Shown one piece after another: positions 9,609 to 21,515 of a DNA stretch of 64,000 bases. A program made the position numbers and the translations under genes. This DNA is from Leclercia sp. (GTDB lineage Bacteria > Pseudomonadota > Gammaproteobacteria > Enterobacterales > Enterobacteriaceae). A model generated the notes under the pieces. That model had not been told where the DNA came from. It worked only from the letters and a program-made list of their open reading frames with translations, and ran no database searches. Positions within the stretch are counted from its first letter, which is position 1. Each line of letters begins with the position of its first letter. The stretch covers positions 157,363 through 221,362 of the forward strand of contig JBAPXW010000027.1 in assembly GCA_049284415.1 (NCBI GenBank), read 5' to 3'.

Positions 9609-10199
9609 ATGACGGCGGAAGGTCATCTGCTCTTTTCTCTCGCCTGCGCAGTGTTTGCCAAAAACGCTGAGCTTACGCCTGTGCTGGCGCAAGGTGACTG
9701 GTGGCATATCGTGCCCTCGGCGGTCCTTACCTGTCTGCTGCCGGATATTGATCATCCTAAGTCGCTGCTTGGGCAACGGCTGAGCTGGATCTCAAAACCC
9801 ATCGCCCGTGCCTGCGGCCATCGCGGCTTTACCCACAGCCTGCTGGCGGTATTTGCCGCTCTGACCCTCTTCTATTTAAAAGTGCCGGACAGCTGGCTGA
9901 TCCCGGCCGATGCCATTCAGGGGATGGTGTTAGGTTACCTGAGCCATATTCTTGCCGACATGCTGACTCCGGCGGGCGTTCCGCTGCTGTGGCCCTGCCG
10001 CTGGCGTTTTCGTCTGCCGATCCTGCGGCCGCAAAAAGGCAACCAGCTTGAGCGCGCTCTGTGCATGGCGCTGTTCGCCTGGGCGGTGTGGATGCCGCAG
10101 ACGATGCCCGAAAATGGTGCAGTGCGCTGGTCCTCGCACATGATTAATTCGCTGCAATTTCAGTTCAACCGCTTCATTCATCATCAGATTGAGCAGTAA
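9609..10199 (+). CDS. ydjM: LexA-regulated inner membrane metal-hydrolase-like protein YdjM
   Basis: ORF 9597..10199 trimmed to MTAEGHLLFSLACAVFAKNAELTPVL... (196 aa). Confidence 0.92.
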   Translation: MTAEGHLLFSLACAVFAKNAELTPVLAQGDWWHIVPSAVLTCLLPDIDHPKSLLGQRLSWISKPIARACGHRGFTHSLLAVFAALTLFYLKVPDSWLIPADAIQGMVLGYLSHILADMLTPAGVPLLWPCRWRFRLPILRPQKGNQLERALCMALFAWAVWMPQTMPENGAVRWSSHMINSLQFQFNRFIHHQIEQ

Positions 10200-10328
10200 T
10201 CGGACAAACCTGGCGAATTTGGCATAAAACATTCCATTTGGATATAAGCGCGTTTTCGCACTTCTGATAACCTTGCGCCAACAGGATCGGACTCAATACC
10301 GATCTGATAATAAATCAGGAGAACGGGG

Positions 10329-11720
10329 ATGAATTTTCCATTAATCGCGAACATTGTGGTGTTCGTGGCTTTGCTGTTGCTACTGGCGCAGACGCGTCAT
10401 AAGCAGTGGAGCCTGGCTAAAAAGGTGCTGGTCGGTCTGGCGATGGGCGTGGTGTTTGGCCTTGCGCTGCAGGCTATTTACGGCTCGAGCAATCCAGTAC
10501 TGAAAGACTCTATCCAGTGGTTCAACATTGTCGGTAACGGCTATGTGCAGTTGCTGCAGATGATTGTTATGCCGCTGGTGTTTGCCTCGATTCTGAGTGC
10601 AGTGGCGCGTCTGCATAATGCCTCCCAGCTGGGTAAAATCAGTTTCCTGACCATTGGCACCCTGCTGTTTACCACGCTGATTTCCGCGCTGGTCGGCGTG
10701 CTGGTCACTAACCTGTTTGGCCTGACCGCAGAAGGTCTGGTGCAGGGCACTGCCGAAACGGCGCGTCTGACTGCCATTGAGACCAACTATGCCGGCAAAG
10801 TTGCGGACCTGTCCGTGCCGCAGATGGTGCTCTCCTTTATTCCGAAAAACCCGTTTGCTGAACTGACCGGAGCTAACCCGACGTCAATCATCAGCGTGGT
10901 GATTTTCGCTGCCTTCCTCGGCGTGGCCGCGCTGAAGCTGCTGAAAGACGATGCCCCGAAAGGCGAGCGCGTCCTGACCGCCATCGATACCCTGCAGAGC
11001 TGGGTGATGAAGCTGGTGCGTCTGGTCATGCAGTTGACCCCGTACGGCGTGCTGGCGCTGATGACCAAAGTGGTGGCCGGTTCCAACCTGCAGGACATCA
11101 TCAAGCTGGGTAGCTTCGTGGTCGCCTCTTACCTCGGTCTGGGCATCATGTTTGTGGTTCACGGCATTCTGCTCGGCGTAAATGGCGTCAGCCCGCTGAA
11201 ATTCTTCCGTAAAGTCTGGCCGGTACTGACCTTTGCCTTTACCAGCCGCTCCAGCGCAGCGTCTATTCCGCTGAACGTGGAAGCGCAGACCCGTCGTCTG
11301 GGCGTGCCTGAATCGATCGCCAGCTTCTCCGCCTCGTTTGGCGCAACCATTGGTCAGAACGGCTGTGCGGGTCTCTACCCGGCAATGCTGGCGGTGATGG
11401 TGGCCCCAACGGTCGGGATTAACCCGCTGGATCCGGTGTGGATTGCGACCCTGGTCGGGATTGTGACCGTGAGCTCTGCCGGGGTAGCCGGTGTGGGTGG
11501 CGGTGCAACCTTCGCAGCCCTGATCGTCCTGCCTGCGCTGGGCCTGCCGGTGACGCTGGTCGCCCTGCTGATCTCCGTTGAGCCGCTGATCGACATGGGC
11601 CGTACTGCCCTGAACGTGAGTGGTTCGATGACCGCAGGTACGCTGACCAGCCAGTGGCTGAAGCAGACCGACAAAACGGTTATGGACAGCGAAGAACATG
11701 CGGATCTCGCGCACCGTTAA
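10329..11720 (+). CDS. tcyP: L-cystine transporter (DAACS family)
   Basis: 463-aa polytopic membrane protein in the ydjN position, with the same length. Confidence 0.92.
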   Translation: MNFPLIANIVVFVALLLLLAQTRHKQWSLAKKVLVGLAMGVVFGLALQAIYGSSNPVLKDSIQWFNIVGNGYVQLLQMIVMPLVFASILSAVARLHNASQLGKISFLTIGTLLFTTLISALVGVLVTNLFGLTAEGLVQGTAETARLTAIETNYAGKVADLSVPQMVLSFIPKNPFAELTGANPTSIISVVIFAAFLGVAALKLLKDDAPKGERVLTAIDTLQSWVMKLVRLVMQLTPYGVLALMTKVVAGSNLQDIIKLGSFVVASYLGLGIMFVVHGILLGVNGVSPLKFFRKVWPVLTFAFTSRSSAASIPLNVEAQTRRLGVPESIASFSASFGATIGQNGCAGLYPAMLAVMVAPTVGINPLDPVWIATLVGIVTVSSAGVAGVGGGATFAALIVLPALGLPVTLVALLISVEPLIDMGRTALNVSGSMTAGTLTSQWLKQTDKTVMDSEEHADLAHR

Positions 11721-11734
11721 TCGCCCATTGCAGT

Positions 11735-11771
11735 AAAAAAAACCGCCTTCAGTGATGAAGGCGGTTTTTTT
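11735..11771. terminator. bidirectional intrinsic terminator (tcyP / cedA)
   Basis: A8-AACCGCCTTC-agtgat-GAAGGCGGTT-T8. Confidence 0.85.
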
Positions 11772-11779
11772 ATTGGCTG

Positions 11780-12019
11780 TTACTCATCAACCTCTTCTTC
11801 CTGGCGGACTTGCGCCGCCCAGCGCTGGGCCGACTCCGGTACGGTAAACGTCGGTGAACGGCGGAAACGCTCTCCCATCAGCACAAACGCAACATACTTG
11901 CCGCGCAGCAGCCAGACGTCACGAAACCCATCCAGCTTGGTGGCATGATCGGGTGGCGCGGGTTCCACGCGGGGCCGATAACTAATAACAACACGATTTT
12001 GTTGGCGAAGAGGTTTCAT
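11780..12019 (-). CDS. cedA: cell division modulator CedA
   Basis: ORF 11780..12118 trimmed to MKPLRQQNRVVISYRPRVEPAPPDH... (79 aa), matching recalled CedA. Confidence 0.88.
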   Translation of the reverse strand: MKPLRQQNRVVISYRPRVEPAPPDHATKLDGFRDVWLLRGKYVAFVLMGERFRRSPTFTVPESAQRWAAQVRQEEEVDE

Positions 12020-12232
12020 AAGCGACGGGTTCACTAAAGCAAACTCAAAAATCAGTAAATTCCTATGATAGCGGATTGGCCCACCAGAGTCGCGCCCTGC
12101 GTGCCTTGTACGGGGCAAGCGGCAGGAAGAAATCGGGGTCTCACCCGGTCGTCCCCCACCATTGTTCTATAGTTATTGAGTTTTGACGCAATAACGACCG
12201 CGTTTCAGCAATGAAAACAGGAGACGAGTGCA

Positions 12233-14491
12233 ATGTCGCAAAAAGATAAGACCCATAATCCACAGCAATCACCGGTTCATGATGATAATGAATCAAAACC
12301 CGGCCTGGACTCGCTGGCACCCGAGGATGGGTCCCACCTTGCTACGCCAACCCCGACGCCTCCCGGACAGGAGCCGACGGCACCGGGCAGCCTGAAGGCG
12401 CCGGACGTAAGCAATCAAAAGCTCACCTCGCTGGAGGATGTCCGCAAAGGCAGTGAAAACGTCCCGCTCACCACCAATCAGGGGGTGCGCATCGCCGACG
12501 ATCAAAACTCGCTTCGTGCCGGATCGCGCGGCCCGACTCTGCTGGAAGACTTTATCCTGCGCGAGAAGATCACCCATTTTGACCATGAGCGCATACCGGA
12601 ACGTATCGTCCACGCGCGTGGCTCGGCCGCTCACGGCTATTTTCAGCCTTATAAGAACCTCAGCGCGCTGACCAAAGCCGATTTCCTCTCCGACCCGGAT
12701 AAGACCACCCCGGTTTTCGTGCGTTTTTCTACCGTACAGGGCGGGGTAGGTTCCGCCGATACGGTGCGGGATATCCGCGGGTTTGCCACCAAGTTTTATA
12801 CCGAAGAGGGCATTTTTGACCTCGTCGGCAACAATACGCCGGTCTTCTTTATTCAGGATGCGCACAAGTTCCCGGATTTTGTCCATGCGGTAAAACCGGA
12901 GCCTCACTGGGCGATCCCGCAGGGCCAGAGCGCGCACGACACCTTCTGGGATTACGTCTCGCTCCAGCCGGAAACCCTGCATAACGTGATGTGGGCGATG
13001 TCCGACCGCGGCATTCCCCGCAGCTATCGCACCATGGAAGGCTTTGGCATTCACACCTTCCGGCTGATTAACGCCGACGGGAAAGCCACGTTTGTGCGTT
13101 TCCACTGGAAGCCGGTGGCGGGCAAAGCTTCGCTGGTGTGGGATGAGTCGCAGAAGCTGACCGGGCGCGATCCGGATTTCCACCGCCGCGAGCTGTGGGA
13201 AGCCATCGAAGCGGGCGATTACCCGGAATATGAACTTGGCTTCCAGCTGATCCCGGAAGAGGACGAGTTCAAGTTTGATTTTGATATCCTCGACCCGACC
13301 AAGCTGATCCCCGAGGAGCTGGTACCGGTCCAGCTGGTGGGCAAAATGGTGCTCAACCGCAACCCGGACAACTTCTTTGCCGAGAACGAACAGGTGGCAT
13401 TCCACCCAGGCCATATCGTCCCGGGGCTGGACTTCACCAACGATCCGCTGTTGCAGGGGCGTTTGTTCTCCTACACCGACACGCAAATCAGCCGCCTGGG
13501 CGGACCGAATTTCCACGAAATCCCGATTAACCGCCCGACCTGCCCGTACCATAACTTCCAGCGGGACGGGATGCACCGCATGGAGATCGACACCAATCCG
13601 GCAAACTATGAGCCGAATTCGATCAACGATAACTGGCCGCGCGAAACCCCACCCGGCCCGAAACGGGGTGGATTCGAATCGTATCAGGAGCGCGTGGAAG
13701 GGACCAAAATCCGCGAGCGCAGCCCCTCCTTCGGCGAGTACTACGCCCATCCGCGCCTGTTCTGGCAGAGTCAGACGCCCGTCGAGCAGGAGCATATTAT
13801 TGGCGCGTTCAGCTTTGAGCTGAGCAAAGTGGTGCGGGCCTATATTCGCGAGCGGGTGGTCGATCAGCTGGCGCATATTGATATCACCCTCGCCCAGGGC
13901 GTGGCGGATAACTTAGGGCTCACCCTCAGCGACGAGCAATGCAAAATTGCGCCGCCGAAAGCGGTCAACGGCGTGAAAAAAGATCCGTCGCTTAGCCTGT
14001 ATGCCGTTCCCGGCGGCAGCATCAAAGGCCGGGTGGTGGCGGTGCTGCTGAACGACAGCGTCCGGGCCGCTGACGTGCTGGCGGCGCTGAAGGCGCTGAA
14101 GGGTAAAGGGGTACATGCCAAACTGCTCTACTCACGGATGGGCGACGTGACCGCCGACGACGGCTCGGTGCTGCCGGTTGCCGCGACCTTTGCCGGATCG
14201 CCGTCATTGACGGTTGATGCGGTGATCGTGCCGGGCGGCGACATTCAGAGCCTGCTCAGCAACGGTGATGCGGTCTATTACCTGCTGGAAGCCTATAAGC
14301 ACCTCAAGCCGATTGCGCTGGCTGGCGATGCCAGACAGTTCAAAGCCCGGCTGAACGTAGCCGATAAAGGCGAAGAAGGGATTGTCGAAGGTGATAGCGC
14401 CGACCAGGCGTTTATGGACGATCTGCTGTCACTTATTGCCGCGCACCGCGTCTGGTCGCGCAGCAGTAAAATCGCCAGCGTTCCGGCGTAA
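12233..14491 (+). CDS. katE: catalase HPII
   Basis: 752 aa, large-subunit catalase with ...[18 protein letters not shown].... Confidence 0.97.
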   Translation: MSQKDKTHNPQQSPVHDDNESKPGLDSLAPEDGSHLATPTPTPPGQEPTAPGSLKAPDVSNQKLTSLEDVRKGSENVPLTTNQGVRIADDQNSLRAGSRGPTLLEDFILREKITHFDHERIPERIVHARGSAAHGYFQPYKNLSALTKADFLSDPDKTTPVFVRFSTVQGGVGSADTVRDIRGFATKFYTEEGIFDLVGNNTPVFFIQDAHKFPDFVHAVKPEPHWAIPQGQSAHDTFWDYVSLQPETLHNVMWAMSDRGIPRSYRTMEGFGIHTFRLINADGKATFVRFHWKPVAGKASLVWDESQKLTGRDPDFHRRELWEAIEAGDYPEYELGFQLIPEEDEFKFDFDILDPTKLIPEELVPVQLVGKMVLNRNPDNFFAENEQVAFHPGHIVPGLDFTNDPLLQGRLFSYTDTQISRLGGPNFHEIPINRPTCPYHNFQRDGMHRMEIDTNPANYEPNSINDNWPRETPPGPKRGGFESYQERVEGTKIRERSPSFGEYYAHPRLFWQSQTPVEQEHIIGAFSFELSKVVRAYIRERVVDQLAHIDITLAQGVADNLGLTLSDEQCKIAPPKAVNGVKKDPSLSLYAVPGGSIKGRVVAVLLNDSVRAADVLAALKALKGKGVHAKLLYSRMGDVTADDGSVLPVAATFAGSPSLTVDAVIVPGGDIQSLLSNGDAVYYLLEAYKHLKPIALAGDARQFKARLNVADKGEEGIVEGDSADQAFMDDLLSLIAAHRVWSRSSKIASVPA

Positions 14492-14527
14492 AAAAAACGG
14501 GTGGCGAAACCGCCACCCGATATTTCT
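14492..14527. terminator. bidirectional terminator (katE / chbG)
   Basis: A-run, then CGGGTGGCG-aaac-CGCCACCCG, followed by T-rich sequence. Confidence 0.75.
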
Positions 14528-14528
14528 C

Positions 14529-15287
14529 TCAGAGATCCCTGAAGGTTCCCAGTCGATACCCGCGCTCGGCAATGGCATATTTCAGCGACGTCGAGGTCAG
14601 GACATCCACCTCCGCCAGCCGCGGCCAGCAGTAGGCGCTTTTACGGATCGTGTTATCGATAAAGGCCGGATGGGCCATCACCTCCAGCGAACGCTCCCCG
14701 TTTTGTACCGAACTGTCCAGCACGCTTAAAAACAGTGCTTCACTGATCTCATCCCCGTAGAAACCGCTGCTGAAGCCCTCGGTAGAAGGCGGCAGTGTAA
14801 CGTCCGTCTCACTGAGCACGCTTTCCTGACGATCCACCCGCAGCGCGACCCCTTTTCGGCGGGCAAACTCGGCCACCAGCGGGAAAATCGCCGGGATCAT
14901 ATGCACGTGATGATGGCTGTCGATGTGCGTCGGCTCGCGGCCGAAGAGATCGACAAAGCGATTAAACTGGCAGTCGAGCTCGCGGGCAATCTCGTCCAGC
15001 GGCAGCGTGCCCTGCTCTGCCATGCTCCAGATCCATTTCCCCAGCACGCCGTCTCGCGTCAGCCCAGGCATCGGGGTCAGCGGTATGCCGAGGGTCAGGA
15101 CAAAGTGCATCCCGACGCCCAGCGCGGGCAGATCCCGGCTGAGCGCAACGGCATGCTCAATGGCGTCACCGTTGACCAGCGCAGTGGCCGAGGTCACCAC
15201 GCCGTGCCGACAGGCTTCCGTAATGCCGTAGTTTTGCCCCTTCGACAGACCAAAGTCATCGGCATTCACGATCAGCAGATATTCCAT
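14529..15287 (-). CDS. chbG: chitooligosaccharide deacetylase (YdjC family)
   Basis: 252 aa, [15 protein letters not shown].... Last gene of the chb operon. Confidence 0.93.
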   Translation of the reverse strand: MEYLLIVNADDFGLSKGQNYGITEACRHGVVTSATALVNGDAIEHAVALSRDLPALGVGMHFVLTLGIPLTPMPGLTRDGVLGKWIWSMAEQGTLPLDEIARELDCQFNRFVDLFGREPTHIDSHHHVHMIPAIFPLVAEFARRKGVALRVDRQESVLSETDVTLPPSTEGFSSGFYGDEISEALFLSVLDSSVQNGERSLEVMAHPAFIDNTIRKSAYCWPRLAEVDVLTSTSLKYAIAERGYRLGTFRDL

Positions 15288-15298
15288 AGCGATCCCTC

Positions 15299-16654
15299 TC
15301 AGTGCTGCTCGCTTTTCAGTTTATCGACGGTGGCCGCGAAGTTCGGCAGCCATTTTTCATGGGCCAGAATCAGCTCCCGGGCCAGTAGTTCGGCATCACG
15401 ATCGGATTGCACCAGCGGGCTCAGGTTGAGCGCCAGCAGGACGTCGTTCAGCTCGCCGCTGAGCGCCGCATGGCTTGCCGCCACCTCAAAGCCCTTGATG
15501 GTGTGGATCAGGCCCATCACTTTGTCGTCAAAGTGGGTCAGACGCGGATGCGGCTTCGCCCCATCACGGCCCAGAATACAGGTCATCTCCACCGCCCAGT
15601 CTGCCGGGATGTTGTCTATGTGGCCGTGGTGCGGCACGTTGACGTAATGCTCGGCCTGCTTGTCATTGTAGATGGCGTTGATCACTTCGCAGGCCGCGTC
15701 GGAGTAGTACGCTCCCCCGCGCTGCTCCAGCTCTTTCGGCTTGACGTTAAGGTCCGGATTTTTATACAGCTCAAACAGCTGCTTCTCGACCTTCTGCACC
15801 ACTTGCGCACGGGCACCGCCCTTATAGTACTCGCCCATCTCAATCGCCAGCATCTCTTTCAGCTTGAAGTAGTACAGCAGGTAGGAGCACGGCAGCAGGT
15901 TGAGCGAGCGGATCAGCCCTTCGCTAAACGGCAGGTCGAAGATATTCTTCACCGAACTGGCTTTCAGGGTGCCGCTGGCGACGCCATCCAGCAGTTCAGC
16001 AAAGCGAGACTGGCCGTTGACCAGCACGTCTTTGATAAACACCATGTGGTTGAGGCCAAACAGGTCGATAGAGAGGTCGTCGTTATCGGTCAGGGCCAGC
16101 ACGTCGCGGATAAACATCTTCATGCCAATCGGAATATTGCACACGCCGATAAAGCGTTTGAAGCCGGTGTGGCGATAAACCGCTTCGGTCACCATCCCGG
16201 CCGGGTTGGTAAAGTTAATCACCCACGCCTGCGGGCAGATCGCCTCCACATCTTTAATGATGTCGAAAATCACCGGAATGGTGCGCAGCCCTTTGAAAAG
16301 ACCGCCCGCGCCGTTGGTCTCCTGACCGAGGTAGCCGTGGCTGAGAGGAATACGCTCATCCAGTTCACGGGCTTTAAGCTGACCCACGCGCAGCTGAGTA
16401 GTAACGAAGTCAGCATCTTTGAGCGCTTCGCGACGATCCAGCGTTTTGTGCACGGTCAGCGGCACGCCCGCTTTTTTTACCATTCGCTGACAGAGGTCAA
16501 AAATAATATCGAGCTTCTCCTGCCCTTCTTTTACATCCACCAGCCATAATTCGCTGACCGGTAATTCATGATAGCGCTTGAGGAACCCTTCCAGTAATTC
16601 TGGGGTATAGCTGCTTCCACCGCCGATGGTGACGACTTTCAGTTTCTTTTGCAT
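15299..16654 (-). CDS. chbF: 6-phospho-beta-glucosidase (GH4)
   Basis: ORF trimmed to [19 protein letters not shown]... (451 aa). The upstream part of the ORF begins at a TTG and is not conserved. Confidence 0.95.
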   Translation of the reverse strand: MQKKLKVVTIGGGSSYTPELLEGFLKRYHELPVSELWLVDVKEGQEKLDIIFDLCQRMVKKAGVPLTVHKTLDRREALKDADFVTTQLRVGQLKARELDERIPLSHGYLGQETNGAGGLFKGLRTIPVIFDIIKDVEAICPQAWVINFTNPAGMVTEAVYRHTGFKRFIGVCNIPIGMKMFIRDVLALTDNDDLSIDLFGLNHMVFIKDVLVNGQSRFAELLDGVASGTLKASSVKNIFDLPFSEGLIRSLNLLPCSYLLYYFKLKEMLAIEMGEYYKGGARAQVVQKVEKQLFELYKNPDLNVKPKELEQRGGAYYSDAACEVINAIYNDKQAEHYVNVPHHGHIDNIPADWAVEMTCILGRDGAKPHPRLTHFDDKVMGLIHTIKGFEVAASHAALSGELNDVLLALNLSPLVQSDRDAELLARELILAHEKWLPNFAATVDKLKSEQH

Positions 16655-16756
16655 AATATTCTCCCTGGGGGATGCACTATTAGAGTATAGCGATCCCTTC
16701 CCTCGTAATGAGGGCAAGCATTGAAATTGATATTCCCGACGACAAACCGTCGGGCG

Positions 16757-17575
16757 TTAATTTATAACCGTAAGGTTTTTCCGGTAGCTGTTAGGGGTAA
16801 AAGAGGTTAATTTTTTGAAGGTTTTAATAAACAGGCTCGGGCTGCTATAACCGGATTCATAAGCAATATCGGTCACCGAATAATTGGTGATCTCCAGCTG
16901 TTTCTTCGCAAAATTAATCCGTATCTCATTAATAATTTGCACCGGCGTTTTTTGGTAATAACGTTGGGTGGCACGCGTCAGATATTCCTGTGACTTACCG
17001 GACAGCGAAACCATATTCTCCAGCGCGTTATCACCAAAGCGCAGCTTGTCGTGCATCCTCTCTACGGTACTGCGCAACCACTGAGGGACATCGTCCGTCT
17101 CCTGCTGCTCTTCGCGATAATGGCGTAAGCGGTTGATGACATAGAAGGTCACCGTTTCGATAAATTCATCAAACTCATTGTCGCGGAAGTTAAGCGAGGC
17201 AATAACGGTCTCTATCCAGGTCAGGAACTCATTTTTAACGTGATACACCTGAGAAGCGACAAAGCAGAACGGCACCAGCGGGGAGTAATGGGTCTCGAAA
17301 AAGCGCTTACTGACGCCCACGTTCAGAATGCGGGTGGCGCCAAATTCATACAGGCTCTGATGATGCGAGCCCAGCGGAATAAAAACAAAATCGCCCCGCT
17401 CCAGCAGCACACGCTTGCCGTTGATCTCCTGGAAATAGCGGCCGGTCAGCACAATGGTGAACTCATAGTAGTCATGCTGATGCAGACCGCTGATGCTTTC
17501 CACCTTGTTGTAGATAAACACATGAAAATTTTTACCATTGAACAACTGCAGTTCCCGGGCGGTATTGATTTCCAT
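16757..17575 (-). CDS. chbR: AraC-family dual regulator of the chb operon
   Basis: 272 aa with a C-terminal AraC HTH, ...[24 protein letters not shown].... Confidence 0.93.
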   Translation of the reverse strand: MEINTARELQLFNGKNFHVFIYNKVESISGLHQHDYYEFTIVLTGRYFQEINGKRVLLERGDFVFIPLGSHHQSLYEFGATRILNVGVSKRFFETHYSPLVPFCFVASQVYHVKNEFLTWIETVIASLNFRDNEFDEFIETVTFYVINRLRHYREEQQETDDVPQWLRSTVERMHDKLRFGDNALENMVSLSGKSQEYLTRATQRYYQKTPVQIINEIRINFAKKQLEITNYSVTDIAYESGYSSPSLFIKTFKKLTSFTPNSYRKNLTVIN

Positions 17576-17601
17576 CGCGCTGACCTCCTGCTAAGCCTGA
17601 C

Positions 17602-17958
17602 TTATTGAATTTTCTCGTGAAGTTCGATGAGTTCCGCCACCAGCTCACGCGCCAGCATCGAGGTCATCAGATGGTCCTGGGCGTGTACCAGCACCAGGCT
17701 CACCTTCATTTTACCCTCACCTTGATCGCTTTCGATCAGTTTTGTTTGCACCAGGTGTGCTTCGTTCAGTGCGGTGCGGGAGTCGGCCATCATGGCTTTC
17801 GCGGCGTCGAAGTCACCCAGCTTGGCCTTTTTCAGGGCGGCGTACGCGAGGCTGCGCGCCTGTCCCGAGTTAATAATAAGACCCATCACCACTTCTTCCA
17901 GGTCGTTTTCGACAACGTCTTCGGCAACCACATTCTCTAAATCAAACATCTCTTTCAC
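17602..17958 (-). CDS. chbA: PTS chitobiose EIIA
   Basis: 118 aa, ...VMGLIINSGQARSLAYAALK...HAQDHLMTS.... The start may instead be the Met at 17949. Confidence 0.93.
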   Translation of the reverse strand: MKEMFDLENVVAEDVVENDLEEVVMGLIINSGQARSLAYAALKKAKLGDFDAAKAMMADSRTALNEAHLVQTKLIESDQGEGKMKVSLVLVHAQDHLMTSMLARELVAELIELHEKIQ

Positions 17959-17995
17959 TCCTGTGATGGCGCGGGTTGCCCCGCGCCGGGTGATA

Positions 17996-19354
17996 TCAGA
18001 ATTTCAGGGCCAGAGCGATCTCTTCTTCGCTCTGCTCTTCATCAATGGTGGTCTGCGCTTTATTGGCGATGACCACAAACGGCATGTACAGCAGGGTGGC
18101 GACACCGAGGTTGAACATCGCCACCAGGAAGGCCGCAACGCTGCCGTTGGTGTTGAAGAACGCCCCCAGACCAGCTGGCATTGTCCACGGGGCAATGTTG
18201 GTCACCGGCGGAATAATCCCCAGATAGTAGGCCGTCAGGGTAATGGCGGCCAGCAGCGGCTGCACCAGTACGAACGGGATAAACATCACCGGGTTCATGA
18301 TAATCGGCAGGCCAAACAGGATGGGCTCGTTAATCTGGAAGATGCCTGACGGCAACGCCAGCTTCGCCACCTGACGGTGATCGGCACGGCGGGAGGTGAT
18401 AAACACCGCGATGATCAGGCCCAGCGTCGCCCCGGTACCGCCCAGGAAGATGTAGGAATCCAGCATCGGTTTTGCCCAGACGTGGAAGGTTTTACCCGCC
18501 GCCAGGGCGGCATCCACAGAGCCGTACTGCTGATAAAGCGCCACGTTTTCCAGCGCCCACGGGGTCATGATGCCGCTGTCGAGCGCAGCCAGCGCCAGAG
18601 AACCGTGCACACCGAAGAACCACAGCAAGGAGGTGAAGATAACGTATGCCCAGCCCACTACGCCGCCCATCGCTGCCAGCGGGGTGGAGATGGTGTCCAT
18701 AATGATCTGGTGGAAGTTGGTGCCCCAATGCGAGAGCGCCCAGGCCACAATCCCCATAATGGAAAGAATGATAAAGCCGGGGATCAGCGCCGAGAACGAG
18801 CGTGACACCGACTCAGGTACGCTGTCAGGTAAACGGATCACCCAGTTGCGGCGTATAATGAAGGTAAACATCTCCGCCACGACCAGACCAATCACAATAC
18901 CCGAGATAATGTTCGCCCCGCCCAGCCAGTTCGCCCCCACCGCGTAGGCTTCACCCACGCTGTACGGCGTCACGGTCATAAACGCAGCGACGGATAATAA
19001 ACCGGCAGCCAGCGAGTCGACTTTTCGCTCTTCTGCCAACGCCATCCCAATAAAGAAAGGGGCCATCAGCGACATAATACCCAGTGTACCGTTGTACACA
19101 TTGCCGCCGATAGCCTTGAAACCATTTAGCGTTTCAATAGTCGAGGGATCTAAACGGATACCTAATGAGTAGAAAAAAGAACCATCACCGAAGCTCAGAA
19201 AAACGTTATTAATTAAAACGAACATCGCCCCCGCCAGGGTTAACGGCATAACCTTAATAAAACCGTTTTTAATGGCGTTGACATGCGGTTGCTTTCCTAT
19301 TTTAACTGCAAAAGGAAGGAGTACCTTTTCAAGTGCACCAATGAATCCACTCAT
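17996..19354 (-). CDS. chbC: PTS chitobiose EIIC
   Basis: 452-aa polytopic membrane protein. Confidence 0.95.
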   Translation of the reverse strand: MSGFIGALEKVLLPFAVKIGKQPHVNAIKNGFIKVMPLTLAGAMFVLINNVFLSFGDGSFFYSLGIRLDPSTIETLNGFKAIGGNVYNGTLGIMSLMAPFFIGMALAEERKVDSLAAGLLSVAAFMTVTPYSVGEAYAVGANWLGGANIISGIVIGLVVAEMFTFIIRRNWVIRLPDSVPESVSRSFSALIPGFIILSIMGIVAWALSHWGTNFHQIIMDTISTPLAAMGGVVGWAYVIFTSLLWFFGVHGSLALAALDSGIMTPWALENVALYQQYGSVDAALAAGKTFHVWAKPMLDSYIFLGGTGATLGLIIAVFITSRRADHRQVAKLALPSGIFQINEPILFGLPIIMNPVMFIPFVLVQPLLAAITLTAYYLGIIPPVTNIAPWTMPAGLGAFFNTNGSVAAFLVAMFNLGVATLLYMPFVVIANKAQTTIDEEQSEEEIALALKF

Positions 19355-19410
19355 AGAATAATACCCTTAAATGCCGCAATAACATTGCGGCGTAAGTGTG
19401 TGTGAAATAG

Positions 19411-19422
19411 CTCTTTGACGGG
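19411..19422 (-). promoter_or_regulatory. ChiX sRNA pairing (decoy) site in the chbB-chbC spacer
   Basis: The plus strand reads CTCTTTGACGGG, identical to the recalled ChiX segment. The chbBC mRNA therefore carries the perfect complement CCCGUCAAAGAG. A GCCGCAAT-aac-ATTGCGGC hairpin lies nearby at 19373..19391. Confidence 0.55.
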
Positions 19423-19437
19423 AAAAATAAAAATAAA

Positions 19438-19755
19438 TTAATTAGCAGCTTTTTTAATGGCCGCAACAGCAGCTTTAAGAACACCCAAACCATCAATCTT
19501 GCCGTACAGCGCAGAATCGATCACTTCAACCGGTTTATTCGGTAACAAACGCTGGATCTCAGGCAGCATATAGGCAATTTGTGGCCCCAGCAGAATCACA
19601 TCGGCGTGGGTGCCTTTTTCGCCTGCCAGCGTTTCCGGAAATGCTTCAATCACAACGGGTACTTCGTATTTTTCAGCCTGCGCACGCATCTTTGACACCA
19701 GCAGTGACGTTGACATGCCCGCCGAGCAGAACAGATAGATATGTTTCTTTTCCAT
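19438..19755 (-). CDS. chbB: PTS chitobiose EIIB
   Basis: 105 aa, [20 protein letters not shown]... with the active-site Cys. Confidence 0.95.
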   Translation of the reverse strand: MEKKHIYLFCSAGMSTSLLVSKMRAQAEKYEVPVVIEAFPETLAGEKGTHADVILLGPQIAYMLPEIQRLLPNKPVEVIDSALYGKIDGLGVLKAAVAAIKKAAN

Positions 19756-19911
19756 AGCGACTTCCCTCTTATATGCTCACCGCTTTCGCCGCGATCCCAG
19801 CGCGTTAACCGTGTCGGATTCATCGCTGGCGTATCTGATGGATTCAGTATACGGCAACCGATTTGCCACGGATAATCTCTGACGATTTGCAATTGTCTCT
19901 CATTGACCTGC

Positions 19912-19933
19912 GGTTATGACTCCCTTCACATTT
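19912..19933. promoter_or_regulatory. CRP-binding site in the chb promoter region
   Basis: TATGA-ctccct-TCACA (core 19915..19930) has one mismatch to TGTGA-N6-TCACA. The right arm extends to TCACATTT. Confidence 0.5.
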
Positions 19934-19974
19934 TAGGCAAATAATTCGCGCAAAGAAATAAGATTAGGTGCGAC

Positions 19975-20010
19975 GTAAAAAAACCGGCCAGGTGGCCGGT
20001 TTGTTTGTTT
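19975..20010 (-). terminator. osmE intrinsic terminator
   Basis: CCGGCC-aggt-GGCCGG flanked by an A7 run (U-run on the minus strand) and TTTGTTTGTTT. Confidence 0.75.
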
Positions 20011-20028
20011 GCTCAGGAAAGCGTGTTA

Positions 20029-20370
20029 TCAGGCTTTTGGCGCCTGCGGATCTGTATCGTATTCCGCACAGGTCTGGTAGCCCGAGTTAATCACGTGGCC
20101 TGTATCATCGAGGGCCACAAAGTAGGTTTGTGCTTTACCATCCCGTTGACCGAGGATGTAAGTCTGACAGGTGCCGCGAGCGTGGACCATCGTCACTTCG
20201 GATGACGGTTTGCCGGCAACCTGCATCACCTGGGCACGGCTCATGCCTTTTTTAACGTCTTTAACGACGGGCTCTTTAAACTGATCGGTAGTACGATCGT
20301 AAGCGGTACACCCCGCCAGCAAAGTCAATACTGCCGCTGCACCCAACATTCCTGCTATATTCTTGTTCAT
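20029..20370 (-). CDS. osmE: osmotically inducible lipoprotein OsmE
   Basis: 113 aa with the lipobox LLAGC. Near-identical to recalled OsmE. Confidence 0.95.
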   Translation of the reverse strand: MNKNIAGMLGAAAVLTLLAGCTAYDRTTDQFKEPVVKDVKKGMSRAQVMQVAGKPSSEVTMVHARGTCQTYILGQRDGKAQTYFVALDDTGHVINSGYQTCAEYDTDPQAPKA

Positions 20371-20602
20371 ATTCCGTCCTCTTGTTTTTCAGCGTGTTAA
20401 GTAAGCCTGGAATAGAAAATCACTTTTTTCAACTCTAAGCGTAACGGCGCAGGTTTTTCGGAAAATTCTAATCAAACCAAGATAAGCGGCAGAATCGATG
20501 CATTTCGCCTCACATAAAAATGTGATCCTTGTCGTTTCAGACCTGACGGGTTAGCTTTAACAGAACATTCATCAGGCAAATTTGCGTAAATGGAGGGGCT
20601 TA

Positions 20603-21430
20603 ATGGCTCTGCAACAAGAGATTATTCAGGCGCTGGGTGTCAAACCCACCATCAATGCGGAAGAAGAGATCCGCCGCAGCGTTGATTTTTTGAAGTCCTA
20701 TCTTCAAACCTACCCGTTTCTGAAATCCCTGATCCTCGGTATCAGCGGCGGCCAGGACTCCACTCTCGCCGGAAAGCTTTCCCAGATGGCCATCACTGAG
20801 CTGCGCGAAGAGACCGGCAATGATGCGCTGCAGTTTATCGCGGTCCGCCTCCCCTATGGCGTACAGGCCGACGAACAGGACTGCCAGGATGCCATCGGTT
20901 TTATTCAGCCGGATCGGGTGCTGACGGTCAATATCAAAAGTGCGGTCCTGGCCAGCGAGCAGGCACTACGCGAGGCGGGCCTTGAGCTGAGCGATTTTGT
21001 GCGCGGCAACGAAAAAGCCCGCGAGCGAATGAAAGCCCAGTACAGCATCGCCGGGATGACCAGCGGTGTCGTGGTCGGCACTGACCATGCGGCAGAAGCG
21101 CTGACCGGCTTCTTCACCAAGTACGGCGACGGCGGCACCGACATTAATCCGCTGTTCCGTCTGAACAAGCGTCAGGGCAAACAGCTGCTGGCCGCGCTGG
21201 GCTGTCCGGAGCATCTGTACAAGAAAGCGCCCACCGCCGATTTGGAAGACGATCGCCCATCCCTGCCGGATGAAGCCGCGCTGGGGGTCACCTATGAAAA
21301 CATTGATGATTATCTGGAAGGCAAAGTGCTGGATGAAGGCACCGGGCGCATTATTGAAGGCTGGTATCTGAAGACCGAGCATAAGCGCCGTCCACCGATC
21401 ACGGTGTTCGACGATTTCTGGAAACGTTAA
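20603..21430 (+). CDS. nadE: NH3-dependent NAD+ synthetase
   Basis: ORF trimmed to [15 protein letters not shown]... (275 aa) with the SGGQDS PP-loop. GGAGGGG SD. Confidence 0.96.
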   Translation: MALQQEIIQALGVKPTINAEEEIRRSVDFLKSYLQTYPFLKSLILGISGGQDSTLAGKLSQMAITELREETGNDALQFIAVRLPYGVQADEQDCQDAIGFIQPDRVLTVNIKSAVLASEQALREAGLELSDFVRGNEKARERMKAQYSIAGMTSGVVVGTDHAAEALTGFFTKYGDGGTDINPLFRLNKRQGKQLLAALGCPEHLYKKAPTADLEDDRPSLPDEAALGVTYENIDDYLEGKVLDEGTGRIIEGWYLKTEHKRRPPITVFDDFWKR

Positions 21431-21439
21431 TTTGACCGG

Positions 21440-21463
21440 GGCGGCATCAGCCGCCTCTTTTTT
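21440..21463 (+). terminator. nadE intrinsic terminator
   Basis: GGCGGC-atca-GCCGCC followed by TCTTTTTT. It lies inside the over-extended cho ORF in the track. Confidence 0.8.
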
Positions 21464-21482
21464 AACCAGCGCACAGCTGCTA

Positions 21483-21502
21483 CACTGTATGCCTGAACAG
21501 TA
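21483..21502. promoter_or_regulatory. LexA box of cho
   Basis: CACTGTATGCCTGAACAGTA (CTG-N10-CAG). Confidence 0.75.
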
Positions 21503-21515
21503 TCAGGAGTACGTT

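Noticed and set aside
12293-13876. 527-aa ORF antisense to katE
   Set aside because: It lies entirely inside the well-conserved katE frame. The product is Arg/Gly/Ala-rich with low complexity, which is typical of stop-free antisense frames in GC-rich, codon-biased genes. It has no SD or independent signals.
15407-16549. 380-aa ORF antisense to chbF. Similar long shadows lie at 10884..11714 (tcyP), 30378..31409 (xthA), 32060..32938 (ynjB), 25377..26222 (astB), 29147..29992 (astC), 42165..43118 (selD) and 61984..63015 (yeaE/mipA).
   Set aside because: All of them overlap recognisable conserved genes on the opposite strand and have repetitive Arg/His/Gln/Val-rich translations. They are treated as GC-driven artefacts.
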